From NCBI RefSeq assembly GCF_006345805.1, contig NW_021828089.1, positions 1 through 36,731 of the forward strand: DNA of 36,731 nt. The letters are read 5' to 3'. The notes beneath the pieces are model-generated. The model did no database searches. It saw only the letters and a list, made by a program, of their open reading frames with translations, and was not told the origin of the DNA. The position numbers and the translations under genes are program-made. The stretch's first letter is position 1. Every line of letters begins with the position of its first letter. Positions 12,323 through 24,708 of this stretch are shown piece by piece. The DNA comes from Octopus sinensis (lineage: Eukaryota).

Positions 12323-13165
12323 GAAATCAGGTGTAGTGTTGGTGAATCTCAGGAAGCATGGAAGTTTTGAAGGATGCAGTGCTCCGACAACTAAAAACTG
12401 ATGCCGGCAGTTTGTTCCATGCTTGTGTGTGTATGGAGGGGAGAAGATCAGGTGTAGTGTTGGCGAATCTCAGGAAGCATGGACGTTTTGAAGGAGATGC
12501 AGTGCTCCGACAACTAACAACTGATACCGGCAGTTTGTTCCATGCCTCAGTGTGTGTATGGAGGGGAGAAGATCAGGTGTAGTGTTGGCGAATCTCAGGA
12601 AGCATGGACGTTTTGAAGGATGCAGTGCTCCGACAACTAACAACTGATGCCGGCAGTTTGTACCATGCTTGTGTGTGTATGGATGGGAGAAAATGAAGTG
12701 TAGTGTTGGTGAATCTCAGGAAGCATGGAAGTTTTGAAGGATGCAGTGCTCCGACAACTAACAACTGATGCCGGCAGTTTGTTCCATGCTTCAGCGTGTG
12801 TATGGATGGGAGAAAATCAAGTGTAGTGTTGGCGAATCTCAGGAAGCATGGAAGTTTTGAAGGATGCAGTGCTCCGACAACTAACAACTGATGCCGGCAG
12901 TTTGTTCCATGCTTCAGCGTGTGTATGTAGCGGAGAAAATCAGGTGTAGTGTTGGCTAATCTCAGGAAGCATGGAAGTTTTGAAGGATGCAGTGCTCCGA
13001 CAACTAACAACTGATGCCGGCAGTTTGTTCCATGCTTCAGCGTGTGTATGGAAGGGACAAAATCAGGTGTAGTGTTGGCTAATCTCAGGAAGCATGGAAG
13101 TTTTGAAGGATGCAGTGCTCCGATAACTAACAACTGATGCCGGCAGTTTGTTCCATGCTTCAGCA
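12323..13165 (-). repeat. Seven tandem 121-125 bp copies of the 3' end of the adjacent LINE
   Basis: gtgtagtgttgg starts at 12331, 12452, 12577, 12698, 12821, 12944 and 13067. Each unit encodes (A)EAWNKLPASVVSCRSTASFKTSMLPEIRQHYT* on the minus strand. Confidence 0.92.
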
Positions 13166-13672
13166 ACTCTCAGCGTGAAAAAATGTTTCCTGAAGTCATG
13201 GGAGCTGTGCTGTTTTCTGACTTTCTAAATATGACCACGGGTGTTAGATGGGTGGAGTTTGAAAAGGTGCTCAGAGTTATTGTTTCTAAGATGGTTAATA
13301 ATTTTATGGGTGTCTGCCAAGTCAGCTGCCAGACGTCGGAGTTTCAATGTATCCATGCCCAGGGAAGTAAGGCGTTCAGAATATGGCAAATTCCTGATGG
13401 AGGGTATTCTTTTGGTTGCACATCGCTGAACGGCTTCCAGACGATTGATATCCTGGGCAAGAAAGGGGTTCCAGACCGGTGATGCAAATTGCAGGTGAGA
13501 TCTTACCATAGCTATATAAAGCCGCAGATAGATAGTCGGAGAGCGGCTCACAAAGGACTTGGTGAGTGATGCCAAGACACCCTCAGCCTTCTTGGCAATT
13601 TTAGCAATGTGTTTGTCCAACACGAATCTCTGTCGACAATAATACCCAGGTCACGTTCACAAGAAGACTTTT
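13166..13672 (-). mobile_element. CR1-group LINE, 5'-truncated ORF2 C-terminal region
   Basis: ERDLGIIVD...MVRSHLQFASPVWNP...RLEAVQRCATKRIP...YSERLTSLGMDTLKLRRLAADL (ORF 13225..13623). Confidence 0.88.
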
Positions 13673-13894
13673 TGAGATTAGTGTTGTGGTGGGAGTAATT
13701 GGACGCTGGGTAGTAAAAAATATATATAAAGAAGGAAGGAAAATCAATGTTTTTTCGTCCTCTCTTCCGTTGTCACTTTCCATGATGAATATTTTAATTA
13801 TTATTGTTGAAGCTGTTGTCATCGTCTTAATTCTTGTTCTTGCATTTGTTGCTGTTGTTGTTATAGCAATTGCTGCTGATTTTATTGTGCGCCC

Positions 13895-14178
13895 TTTTCA
13901 AGCCTAGCCTAACCCTAACCCTCATGGGCCCGGTTTCCCGGTTTCTGTGGCGTATGTGTTCCCCCACCCTCTGCGTTACCCAAGAAACAGGAAGAAAGTA
14001 TGAGAGAAAGTTGGGACGAAAAAGTAGAACAGGGGGTCGCCACCGACCCCTGCCGGAGCCTCGTGGAGCTTTTAGGTGTTTTCGCTCAATAAACACACAC
14101 AACGCCCGGTCTGGGAATCGAAACCGCGATCCTCCGACCACGAATCCGCTGCCCTAACCACTGGGCCATTGCGCCTCA

Positions 14179-14214
<36 letters not shown>

Positions 14215-15987
14215 CACCGTGATCGACCAGGCTATCAGATGTTGTTACACATCGCTGGTCACAATGCCCTTCGCATTGTTTAAGCCTTCGAATGACGCCC
14301 CCCGCTGGCTAGGCGAGCAGGCCAACAGAGAACAGAAGAAAGAGTACAACAGGGGTCGCCAGCGACCCCTGCCGGAGCTCGTGGAGCTTTTAGGTGTTTT
14401 CGCTCAATAAACACACAACGACCGGTCTGGGAATCGAAACCGCGATCCTCCGACCTCGAGTCCGCTGCCCTAACCACTGGGCCATTGCGCCTCCACAAAA
14501 TAATTTCGCCCTTTTCAAGCCTAGCCGGGCTCGTGGGCCCGGTTTCCCGGTTTCTGTGGCGTATGTGTTCCCCCTCCCCTCAGCGTTACCCAAGAAACAG
14601 AAAGAGAGAGTGAGAAAAAGTTGTGGCAAATGAGTACAACAGGGGTCGCCACCGACCCCTGCCGGAGTCTCGTAGAGCTTTTAGGCATTTTCGCTCAATT
14701 GAAGCACTCCGTCGGTTACGACGACGAGGGTTCCGTTTGATCCGAATCAACGGAACAGCCTGCTCGTGAAATTAACGTGTAAGTGGCTGAGCACTCCACA
14801 GACACGTGCACCCTTAACGTAGTTCTCGGGGATATTCAGCGTGACACAGAGAGTGACAAGGCCGGCCCTTTGAAATACAGGTACAACAGAAACAGGAAGT
14901 AAGAGTGAGAGAAAGTTGTGGTTTTAAGAGTACAACAGGGGTCCCCACAATCCCCTGCAGGAGCACTCCGTCGGTTACGACGATGAGAGTTCCGGTTGAT
15001 CCGAATCAACGGAACAGCCTGCACGTGAAATTAACGTGTAAGTGGCTGAGCACTCCACAGACACGTGCACCCTTAACGGAGTTCTCGGGGATATTCAGCG
15101 TGACACAGAGAGTGACAAGGCCGGCCCTTTGAAATACAGGTACAACAGAAACAGGAAGTAAGAGTGAGAGAAAGTTGTGGTGAAAGAGTACAACAGGTCC
15201 CCACAATCCCCTGCAGGAGCACTCCGTCGGTTACGACGACGATGAGAGTTCCGGTTGATCCGAATCAACGGAACAGCCTGCACGTGAAATTAACGTAAGT
15301 GGCTGAGCACTCCACAGACACGTGCACCCTTAACGGAGTTCTCGGGGATATTCAGCGTGACACAGAGAGTGACAAGGCCGGCCCTTTGAAATACAGGTAC
15401 AACAGAAACAGGAAGAAAGAGTGAGAGAAAGTTGTGGTGAGAGAGTACAACAGGGGTCGCCACCGACCCCTGCCGGAGCCTCGTGGAGCTTTTAGGTGTT
15501 TTCGCTCAATAAACACTCACAACTCCCGGTACAACAGGTACAACAGAAACAGGAAGTAAGAGTGAGAGAAAGTTGTGGCAAATGAGTACACAGGCGTCGC
15601 CACCACCCCCTGCCGGAGCCTCGTGGAGCTTTTAGGCGTATTCGCTCAATAAACACACACAACGCCCGGTCTGGGAATCAAAACCGCGATCCTCCGACCA
15701 CGAGTCCGCTGCCCTAACCACTGGGCCATTGCGCCTCCACATGTGTATATATATATAGGCTGGCTCTTTGAAATACAGGTACAACAGAAACAGGAAGTAA
15801 GAGCGAGAGAAAGTTGTGGTGAAAGAGTACAACAGGGGTCGGTCGCCACCGACCCCTGCCGGAGCCTCGTGGAGCTTTTAGGCGTTTTCGCTCAATAAAC
15901 ACACACAACGCCCGGTCTGGGAATCGAAACCGCGATCCTCCGACCACGAGTCCGCTGCCCTAACCACCGGGCCATTGCGCATCCACT
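13895..15987 (-). mobile_element. Cluster of tRNA-derived SINE family C (several heads, internal unit of about 258 bp x3)
   Basis: Head gtggaggcgcaatggcccagtggttagggcagcgg...ggtttcgattccc with A- and B-box-like motifs on the minus strand near 14175, 14495, 15738 and 15985. gcactccgtcggttacg at 14704, 14963 and 15219. Confidence 0.85.
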
Positions 15988-16053
15988 GCAGTTTTTTTTT
16001 TAGTGTTCTTGCTATTGCTGGAGTCGCCGAGAATTCAAATAGCTTTGTGCTTC

Positions 16054-16093
<40 letters not shown>

Positions 16094-16144
16094 GTTTCAA
16101 TGAAAATTCAATAAAAGTAGATGTGGAAGGAACATTGGTGGAGC

Positions 16145-16228
16145 TTAAAAGACTTCGTCCTGTTTCGGGTGCACAGTAAAGGCTCCGCGGCCCCGGAAGT
16201 ACTTGGACCCTTTATCGAGAGCAGTCGA
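16145..16228 (-). CDS. DCLK: DCLK terminal coding exon (STALDKGSKYFRGRGAFTVHPKQDEVF*)
   Basis: Long polypyrimidine tract, then ttgcag|TCG in phase 0, matching the upstream exon. TALDK matches the vertebrate DCLK1 tail TTALDK. TAA at 16147-16145. Confidence 0.88.
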   Translation of the reverse strand, partial: STALDKGSKYFRGRGAFTVHPKQDEVF

Positions 16229-16324
16229 CTGCAAAAAAAAACAAAAAAACAAAAAATAAATAAATAAAAAGCAATAAAAAACGTAAAACTGTTTCAATTC
16301 CATTTTTTTAATGAAAAAAAAATT

Positions 16325-17000
16325 CGTTTCAGTCATTTCACTGCGGCCATGCTGGAGCACCGCCTGCCTTTAGCCGAGCAAATCGACCCCGGGACTTATT
16401 CTTTGTAAGCCCAGTACTTATTCTATCGGTCTCTCTTTGCTGAACCGCTAAGTAACGCTAGGGGGGGACAAACACAGACACACAAACACAGACACACACA
16501 CATATATATATATATACATATATACGACAGGCTTCTTTCAGTTTCCGTCTACCAAATCCACTCACAAGGCTTTATATATATATATATACTCTTTTACTCT
16601 TTTACTTGTTTCAGTCATTTGACTGCGGCCATGCTGGAGCACCGCCTTTTTAGTCGAGCAAATCGACCCCGGGACTTATTCTTTGTTAGCCCAGTACTTA
16701 TTCTATCGGTCTCTTTTGCCGAACCGCTAAGTGACGGGGACGTAAACACACCAGCATCGACCCTGGGACTTATTCTTTGTAAGCCCAGTACTTATTCTAT
16801 CGGTCTCTTTTGCCGAACCGCTAGGTGACGGGACGGTAAACACACCAGCATCGACCCTGGGACTTATTCTTTGTAAGCCCAGTACTTATTCTATCGGTCT
16901 CTTTTGCCGAACCGCTAGGTGACGGGGACGTAAACACACCAGCATCGACCCTGGGACTTATTCTTTGTAAGCCCAGTACTTATTCTATCGGTCTCTTTTG
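16325..17000 (-). mobile_element. SINE family B partial copies, including a 94-bp sub-unit repeated 4 times
   Basis: The atcgaccc(c/t)ggg junction recurs at about 16668, 16761, 16855 and 16949. Confidence 0.85.
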
Positions 17001-17318
17001 CCGCGTATGTACTAGCAAAAATGCGTGTGTGCAACAAACTAGAAAAAATTGCGAGGATGGTGAAAAGGATAATGTGGGACCTGCGCAGGTTTCAGATTTT
17101 TCAAGATATGTCTGCCCACATATACTTGATCTATCTTCATCAGCCAAACATATACCACGACAACCTTTCAGATGTTACCACATTAATGCCATTACACTCG
17201 ACTGAAACGCCGAAACGCTAACAGCACGGGAACGGTGAAGAAGTTTCAATAAATTAGTAATGCAATACTAGAGTATTGCTTTCCAGTAAAGAATAGCCCG
17301 TGAGGGAAAAATATACAA

Positions 17319-17577
17319 AGAAGTAAATATATGGCACAACGAAGTACCGATATTTACTGGAAATAGCGAACGTAATAATACGACGCTAATGTATAGCTTC
17401 ACCGCGTATGTAATAGCAAAAATGTTCTCCCTGAGGTAAGAAGACAATTTTTTCTAGTTTGTTGCACACACGCATTTTGCTAGTACATACGCGGTGAAGC
17501 TATACATTACGTCGTATTATTCGTTCGCTATTTCCCAGTAAATATCGGTACTTCGTTTGGGCCATATATTTACTTCT
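17319..17577. repeat. Foldback inverted repeat: arms of about 105 bp (17319-17424 and 17473-17577), 48-bp spacer
   Basis: agaagtaaatatatgg...gcttcaccgcgtatg...aaaatg has a near-perfect reverse complement ending at 17577. An extra direct copy of the inner part lies at 17001-17051. Confidence 0.88.
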
Positions 17578-17629
17578 CTCTCTCTCGTCCTCTCTCTCTC
17601 TCTGCTATATATAATATCTATATATATAT

Positions 17630-17660
<31 letters not shown>

Positions 17661-17689
17661 GAATGTATGTGTGTGTGTGTGTTTGTGGT

Positions 17690-17955
17690 GTCTGTGTTTG
17701 TCCCCCTAGCATTGCCTGACAACCGATGCTGGTTGTTTATGTCCCTGTCACTTAGCGGTTCGGCAAAAGAGACCAATAGAATAAGTACTGGGCTCACAAA
17801 GAATAAGTCCCGGGGCCGACCAAGAACCTGTTGGCTTGACACCATCAAGAGTGACACAGGAATGGACATAGCCAACCTGAAAGAAGCGACCAAGGATAGA
17901 ACTGCCTGGGGGACACTGATCCAACGAGTAACCGAGAGTCAACTTCGACTGAGCG

Positions 17956-17960
<5 letters not shown>
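17690..17960 (+). mobile_element. SINE family B fragment fused to an RTE/BovB-like LINE 3' end (about 17805-17960)
   Basis: [50 protein letters not shown] has the RTE-clade C-terminal pattern (GRP..WLD...DR.AW...V.....RL). The stop TAG runs straight into (ATAG)n. Confidence 0.8.
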
Positions 17961-18587
<627 letters not shown>

Positions 18588-21500
18588 TGTTTTCTTTATT
18601 AGCCACACAGGCTGCACACAGATAGAACAAATTACAAGGTAGAGCTTTTCTTTTGGGGGTAAAAAAAAGGAGAGTGGTGGTTTTCGATCAAAGGGATCGT
18701 AAAAGGAAAGAAAAAGGACAAAAAAAGGGGAGGGGTTAAAAAAGGGGGGAGAAAAAAAATGAATAATAGGGATCGTTATCACAGAAATGTCAATATGAAG
18801 TGTAAAGGGGAGGACAGGTGAGGTTTACCAGTGGAAAGAAAAGCCTACGGAAAAGACCACGGTAACCTCGGTCAATGAAGTCACATGTTATATTTCTTTT
18901 TTTTTTTTTTTGCAAATAAGCAACTCTCTGTATTAATTTTTATGGTTCATAGAATCATAGTCAAGGTGGCTTCGTCATTCATACGTGCCATCCTTCCTAC
19001 ATTCACCCATCTTTTTTTAAAACATTCACTAGACAAAACTTGCCTCTCTCTCTCACTTTCCTCTTCAAGTGATACTTGAAGAAGTTGATGAGAGATTGAC
19101 CAGAGAGGAAAGTGTTTGTCTCCAATCCTTTCAGGCGCGTCCACCAGATACATTCTTTCGCCATAGCCACAAGTATGATAAAATTAGCTCTTCCTTCCCG
19201 TTTGAAAGAAGGAGGCGTGACGATATTAACGATAGACTCGGCTGATAAACCGACACGTCCCACACGTGACAGCAGTCGTTCGACATAAGCCCACAGGTCG
19301 GAAATTGCTGGACACTGCACGATTGCGTGCAGAGCGGTTTCGTCGCTCTGCCCGCATCTCGGGCAGGTAGGCCCTGTGTTTCTCGAGCCATGCCTATAGA
19401 GCTTATCCCGAACGGGTAGCGCTTCTCGGTAGCACCGCCAGGCCAGGGATCTCTGGAAGTTGTCCATAGGTCCCGGGCCGAAAGTCGTTTGAAACAGGCG
19501 GGTCAGGTATTCCTCGTCGACGCCCAGGTTTGCCCCGAGCTCGTCGTCGTACCTCCCCTCCACTAATCCCCTATAGAATGCTTTGGTTGTGTTGAAGTCA
19601 CTCAAGGTTGACCCGGGACGGCAGAGTTGCTTGAGAGCAACGCGACACTCGCGGTGCCATTCGCCCTTCCTCGGCCTCATTTTGATCCACGACTGTAGTT
19701 CGGTCATGGAGACGAGTTGCGGGAATGCGTGCCTCACAAACGGCGACCACACCTGTTCACCGTCGTCTACATAGAGCCGGAGATGTCACAGTCTCAGCGC
19801 GTGTCTGCGCATCATCAACCACGGCATGCCCAGCCCTCCTTTTAACGGGTGTTGACAGCAAATGGATCGCCTGACCATCGGGACGCATCCTTTCCACAAG
19901 AAGCGGAAGAGGATGCGTTCTAGTTTGGTGATGGTAGGGTCGGGACAAGGTACGACTGTGAGGCGGTAGTAGATGATGGACGCGATGTACGCGTTCACCA
20001 CCTCCTCCCGACCTTTTAGGGACAGTTTCCTCTCGGCCCATTGCTGGGCGAGAGTGACCACCCTACTCGTTATCTCGTTCCAGTTCTTCGCCATTTGGAG
20101 GTCCGGACCGAACCAGACCCCGAGCAACTCAACCGGGCCGTCTGTCCAGCGTCCCACGACGGAGGTACTGGTGGACGGCATGGGCTTGCTTCTCCAGGTT
20201 CCGAGCCGCAAGCCCACTGACTTTTCCCGGTTGATTTTTGCTCCTGTCACCGCTTCGTAGTCTTTCAGTGTCTCGCCGACCCGCTCGATGTGCTCGTGGC
20301 TTGACACTATGACGGTGACGTCGTCCGCGTATGCAGACACGCTCGTCCCGCATCCCAATTCTCGCGGGATGCCCCTTAGAGTCGCCAGCTTCCGCAGTAG
20401 TGGCTCAAGAGTCAATACGTATAGAAGCGCCGAGAGGGGGCATCCCTGACGGACCGAACGTGCAATGTCGAAAGGTCTCGATAGATGTCCATTTACGCGA
20501 ATTACCGAACGGATGCCTCTGTACAAGGCAGCTATCCAGCCGCGGAAGACGGGACCGAAACCAGCCGCTCTCAGGACTGCCTCCAAGTATCGATGGTCTA
20601 CCCTATCAAAGGCTTTCGATTGATCCAAGTTGATCAGGGCCCCACCCATGCCAGGTTCGTTAACTACCCTGTCTATGATGTAGCGCATCAGATGGAGGTT
20701 GTCATGGATGCTCCGGCCCGGCACGGCGCACGTTTGTGTGTTGTCGACCAGTTTCTCGATGACAAGCGCCAACCTCTTGGCTAACACCTTTGTCAAAATT
20801 TTCAGGTCTGCATTGAGCAGCGTGATTGGTCTAAAGTTATCTATAATGTTTCCTTGTTTGGATCTTTCTTCAGCAGAGTTACAGCTCCTCGACTCACAAA
20901 ACCGGGTATGCTCCCGTTTTGCTGCCAGTTGCAGTATACCGCTGCCAAGACGTCTCCAAACAAGTCTGGCATACAATTGTAAAACTCGTAGGGTAGACCA
21001 TCCAAACCCGGTGATTTGTCCCTCGAGCATTCTGCTATCGCTTCCTGCACTTCCGCCGCCGTGATGGCACCTTCGCAGCACCCTGCCTTTCTTGTCGAGA
21101 GTCGTGGCAGGCTATGTAGGTAGGCACTGAAGTCCACACTACGTTCTTGCCCTCCACTCGTCCCGAACAGTCGGGCAAAATGCTGCTGAAAGGCCTCACA
21201 CATTTTACTTGGCTCGAGCAATTCGCGCCCCTGTTCATCTCCAGTGACCGAATGGTGGCTTTGTTGCCCTGTTGCGCCTCTGCCACCCGGGCCTCTCTCG
21301 CGGCTCCAACACCTTCGTTCCTTAGAGCACGCATCCTAGCTCTGACAGCACATCCTTCGTGTTTGGCGTTGAAGTGTTGGTCGAGGGCCAACCTCGCCGC
21401 CAAAACGTCGGATGCGATGCCGCTTCTAATTGCCTCTTCTAGCTTCTTAACTAGCTCACCCTCTACTCTATTTCTATCTATGGCTAGTGCTTTGCTGTAC

Positions 21501-21912
21501 CTAATCGCTTCTGCTTTTACTGCTCTCTTGAGGGCAAACCACCATTTGTTGTTGATGATGGCTCCCGTCAAAGCCCTCTTTACTAGTGTGCTAATCCGGT
21601 CTCTGAAAACTTGTCTGGACGGGAATGAGGCGTTCAGTTTCCAGTACCAGGACCCTGTCTATGTGCCTTATCTAAGTCTAGCGTACACGTCACCAATTTG
21701 TGATCCGTGTAGCTGACTGTGTGGAATTGTGGACATCCTAAGTTATCCTTGTCTACTGTCCTACACAGTATCTTATCTAGATACGATCTCGACGACCCAC
21801 TGCGGTTGATCCATGTCCACGTTGGTGCATTTGGGTGGTCGAGTCGGTACCTGTCAGACAGTTGGAATCGTCTGAGCAGGTCTCTGAGGCATTTGCATCC
21901 CCTTCTGTTTCA
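18588..21912 (-). mobile_element. L1/Tx1-clade LINE, copy B (5'-truncated within the endonuclease; RT, zinc knuckle, 3' UTR; several frameshifts and a CGA>TGA stop)
   Basis: Endonuclease end SYLDKIL...SYTDHKLV...YWKLNAS; KSPGLDGLPYEFY; NFRPITLLNAD; DQSKAFDRVDH; VRQGCPLS; YADD; CPRCGQSDETALHAIVQC. Pyrimidine-rich 3' UTR with AATAAA at 18600-18595. Confidence 0.92.
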
Positions 21913-21919
21913 TAGATAC

Positions 21920-21968
<49 letters not shown>

Positions 21969-22173
21969 CAGATAGACAGATAGACAGATAGATAGATAGC
22001 ACAGAATACAATCTACAGATTGTTCTGCTTATAATTCAATTCCTAATTCATCCAGACATATCCAAAAATTATGGTTCTATGAAAGATACACAGGATCGAA
22101 CTCCGATCTCAGATTTTAGAAATATAAAAAAAAAATTTGTCTTTTCACATTATTTGAAGAATTTCTCACTTAC

Positions 22174-22272
22174 TGCTATGACTGCCAAACCATCTTTTGG
22201 TTTTTTGGTACGTGTGAAATATTGGTTCAATTCCTTGGCCACATGTAATTTGTTATCTTTCGCAGTGTCATT
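22174..22272 (-). CDS. DCLK: DCLK internal exon, post-kinase tail (NDTAKDNKLHVAKELNQYFTRTKKPKDGLAVIA)
   Basis: ttttcttttctcctaatttcctag|AAT...GCA|gtaagt. 99 nt, phase 0-0, open. Positionally equivalent to human DCLK1 NDDG...KKHF...GVSVIA as recalled. Confidence 0.88.
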
Positions 22273-22306
22273 CTAGGAAATTAGGAGAAAAGAAAATTAT
22301 TATTTA

Positions 22307-24317
22307 CTAGAAGTATCGCCCGGCGTTGCTCGGGTTTGTAAGGGAAATAACCATATAAGCATTTTTAGAGAGTTATAGCGAAAAAATAGCAAGAAAATGC
22401 ATTAAAAATGGGAAAAAATGATGGTAATTTTTTTTTATCGTAGACTTATCGTAGACGCGCGCTAATACCCAGAAGGGCTCGTTAGGAAGTATCGCCCGGC
22501 GTTGCTCGGGTTTGTAAGGAAAATAACCATATAAGCATTTTTAGAGAGTTATAGCCAAAAAATAGCAAGAAAATGCATTAAAAATGGGAAAAAAAAAAAT
22601 GATGGTATTTTTTAAAATCGTAGACTTATCGTAGACGCGCGCTAATACCCAGAAGGGCTCGTTATGAAGTATCGCCCGGCGTTGCTCGGGTTTGTAAGGG
22701 AAATAACCATATAAGCATTTTTAGAGAGTTATAGCGAAAATATAGCAAGAAAATGCATTAAAAATGGGAAAAAATGATGGTAATGTTTTTAAAATCGTAG
22801 ACTTATCGTAGTCGCGCGCTAATACCCAGAAGGGCTCGTTATGAAGTATCGCCCGGCGTTGCTCGGGTTTGTAAGGGAAATAACCATATAAGCATTTTTA
22901 GAGAGTTATAGCCAAAAAATAGCAAGAAAATGCATTAAAAATGGGAAAAAATGATGGTAATTTTTTTTTTATCGTAGACTTATCGTAGACGCGCGCTAAT
23001 ACCCAGAAGGGCTCGTTATGAAGTATCGCCCGGCGTTGCTCGGGTTTGTAAGCATTTTTAGAGAGTTATAGCCAAAAAATAGCAAGAAAATACATTAAAA
23101 ATGGGGAAAAATGATGGTAAATTTTTTTTAAATCGTTGACTCATCGTAGACATTTTTAGAGAGTTACTTCCCTTATATAATAACGAAAAAATGCATTAAA
23201 ATGAAGAAAATGATGGTAAATTGTTTTTAAAATCGTAGACTCATCGCAGACGCGCGTTAATACCCAGAAGGGCTCGATATGAATCACTACTATAAGATAC
23301 CCGCTTTTGGTTACACAGCACCGCAAAATGTGGGAGTAGTTAGGAATCTAAATCGTATGAGACAGACAGCACACAACCTCACTTTTATATATAAAGAATA
23401 GCAGTATCGCCCGTCGTTGCTCGGGGTTGTAAGGGAAATAACTATATAAGCATTTTTAGAGAGTTATAGCCAAAAAATAGCAAAAAATGCATTAAAATGG
23501 AAAAAATAATGGTAATTTTTTTTAAATCGTAGACTCATCGTAGACGCGCGCTAATACCCAGAAGGCCTCGATATGAATCACGACTATAAGATACCCGCTT
23601 TTGGTTACTCTGCACCGCAAAATGTGGGAGTAGTTAGGAATCTAAATCGTATGAGACAGACAGCACAAAACCTCACTTTTATATATAAAGACTAGCAGTA
23701 TCGCCCGGCGTTGCTCGGGTTTGTAAGGGAAATAACTATATAAGCATTTTTAGAGAGCTATAGCGAAAAAATAGCAAGAAAATGCATTAACAATGGGGAA
23801 AAATTATGGTAATTTTTTTTAAATCGTAGACTTATCGTAGACGCGCGCTAATACCCAGAAGGGCTCGTTATGAAGTATCGCCCGGCGTTGCTCGAGTTTG
23901 TAAGGGAAATAACTATATAAGCATTTTTAGAGAGTTATAGCGAAAAAATAGCAAGAAAATGCATTAAAAATGGGAAAAAATTGTGGTAAATTTTTTTTTA
24001 ATCGTAGACGCGCGCTAATACCCAGAAGGGCTCGATATGAATCACGACTATAAGATACCCGGTTTTGGTTAAATTGCACCGCAAAATGTGGGAGTAGTTA
24101 GGAATCTAAATCAGAGGAGACAGAGTCTGACACAACTTCATTTTTATATATAACTAGCAGTATCGCCCGGCGTTGCTCGGGTTTGTAAGGGAAATAACCA
24201 TATAAGCATTTTTAGAGAGTTATAGCCAAAAAAATAGCAAAAAAATGCTATAAAAATGGGGAAAAATGATGGTATTTTTCTTTTCTTAAATCGTAGATTT
24301 ATCGTAGACGCGCGCTA
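22307..24317 (-). mobile_element. Tandem array of a non-autonomous Helitron (full unit about 290 bp; 3'-part units about 177 bp; 9 hairpin copies)
   Basis: The minus strand ends in the hairpin CCCGAGCAACGCCGGG + 8 nt + CTAG|T (22307) and starts TCTTTATATATAAAA. An exact CTAG|TCTTTATATAT junction lies at about 23690. Confidence 0.82.
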
Positions 24318-24441
24318 TTCTCTCTCTCCCTCTCACTCTCTCTTTCTCTCTCTCTCTTTCTCTCTCTCTCTTTCTCTCTCTTTCTATCTCTCTTTCTCTC
24401 TCTCATTCTCTCTCCCGCTTTCTCTTTCTCTCTCATTCTCC

Positions 24442-24480
<39 letters not shown>

Positions 24481-24530
24481 TCATTCTCTCTCCCCCTCTC
24501 TCTCCGTCTCTCTCTTTCTCTCTCTCTCTC

Positions 24531-24584
<54 letters not shown>

Positions 24585-24676
24585 ATCTTTCTCTCTCTTC
24601 TCTCTCTTTTCTCTCTCTCTCTCTTCTCTCTCTCTCTCTTCTCTCTCTCTCTTTAACTCTCTCTTTCTCTCTCCTT

Positions 24677-24708
<32 letters not shown>

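Noticed and set aside
12573-13166. 197-aa repeat-protein-like ORF
   Set aside because: It is an off-frame reading of the tandem LINE 3' ends. The LINE frame has a stop in every unit.
14100-15987. tRNA genes suggested by A/B-box heads (also at 34929 and 35841)
   Set aside because: There is no complete cloverleaf or acceptor stem, and the heads run into SINE bodies in multiple copies.
16148-16159. C-terminal DEVF as a PDZ-binding motif
   Set aside because: The pattern is too degenerate to support without conservation data.
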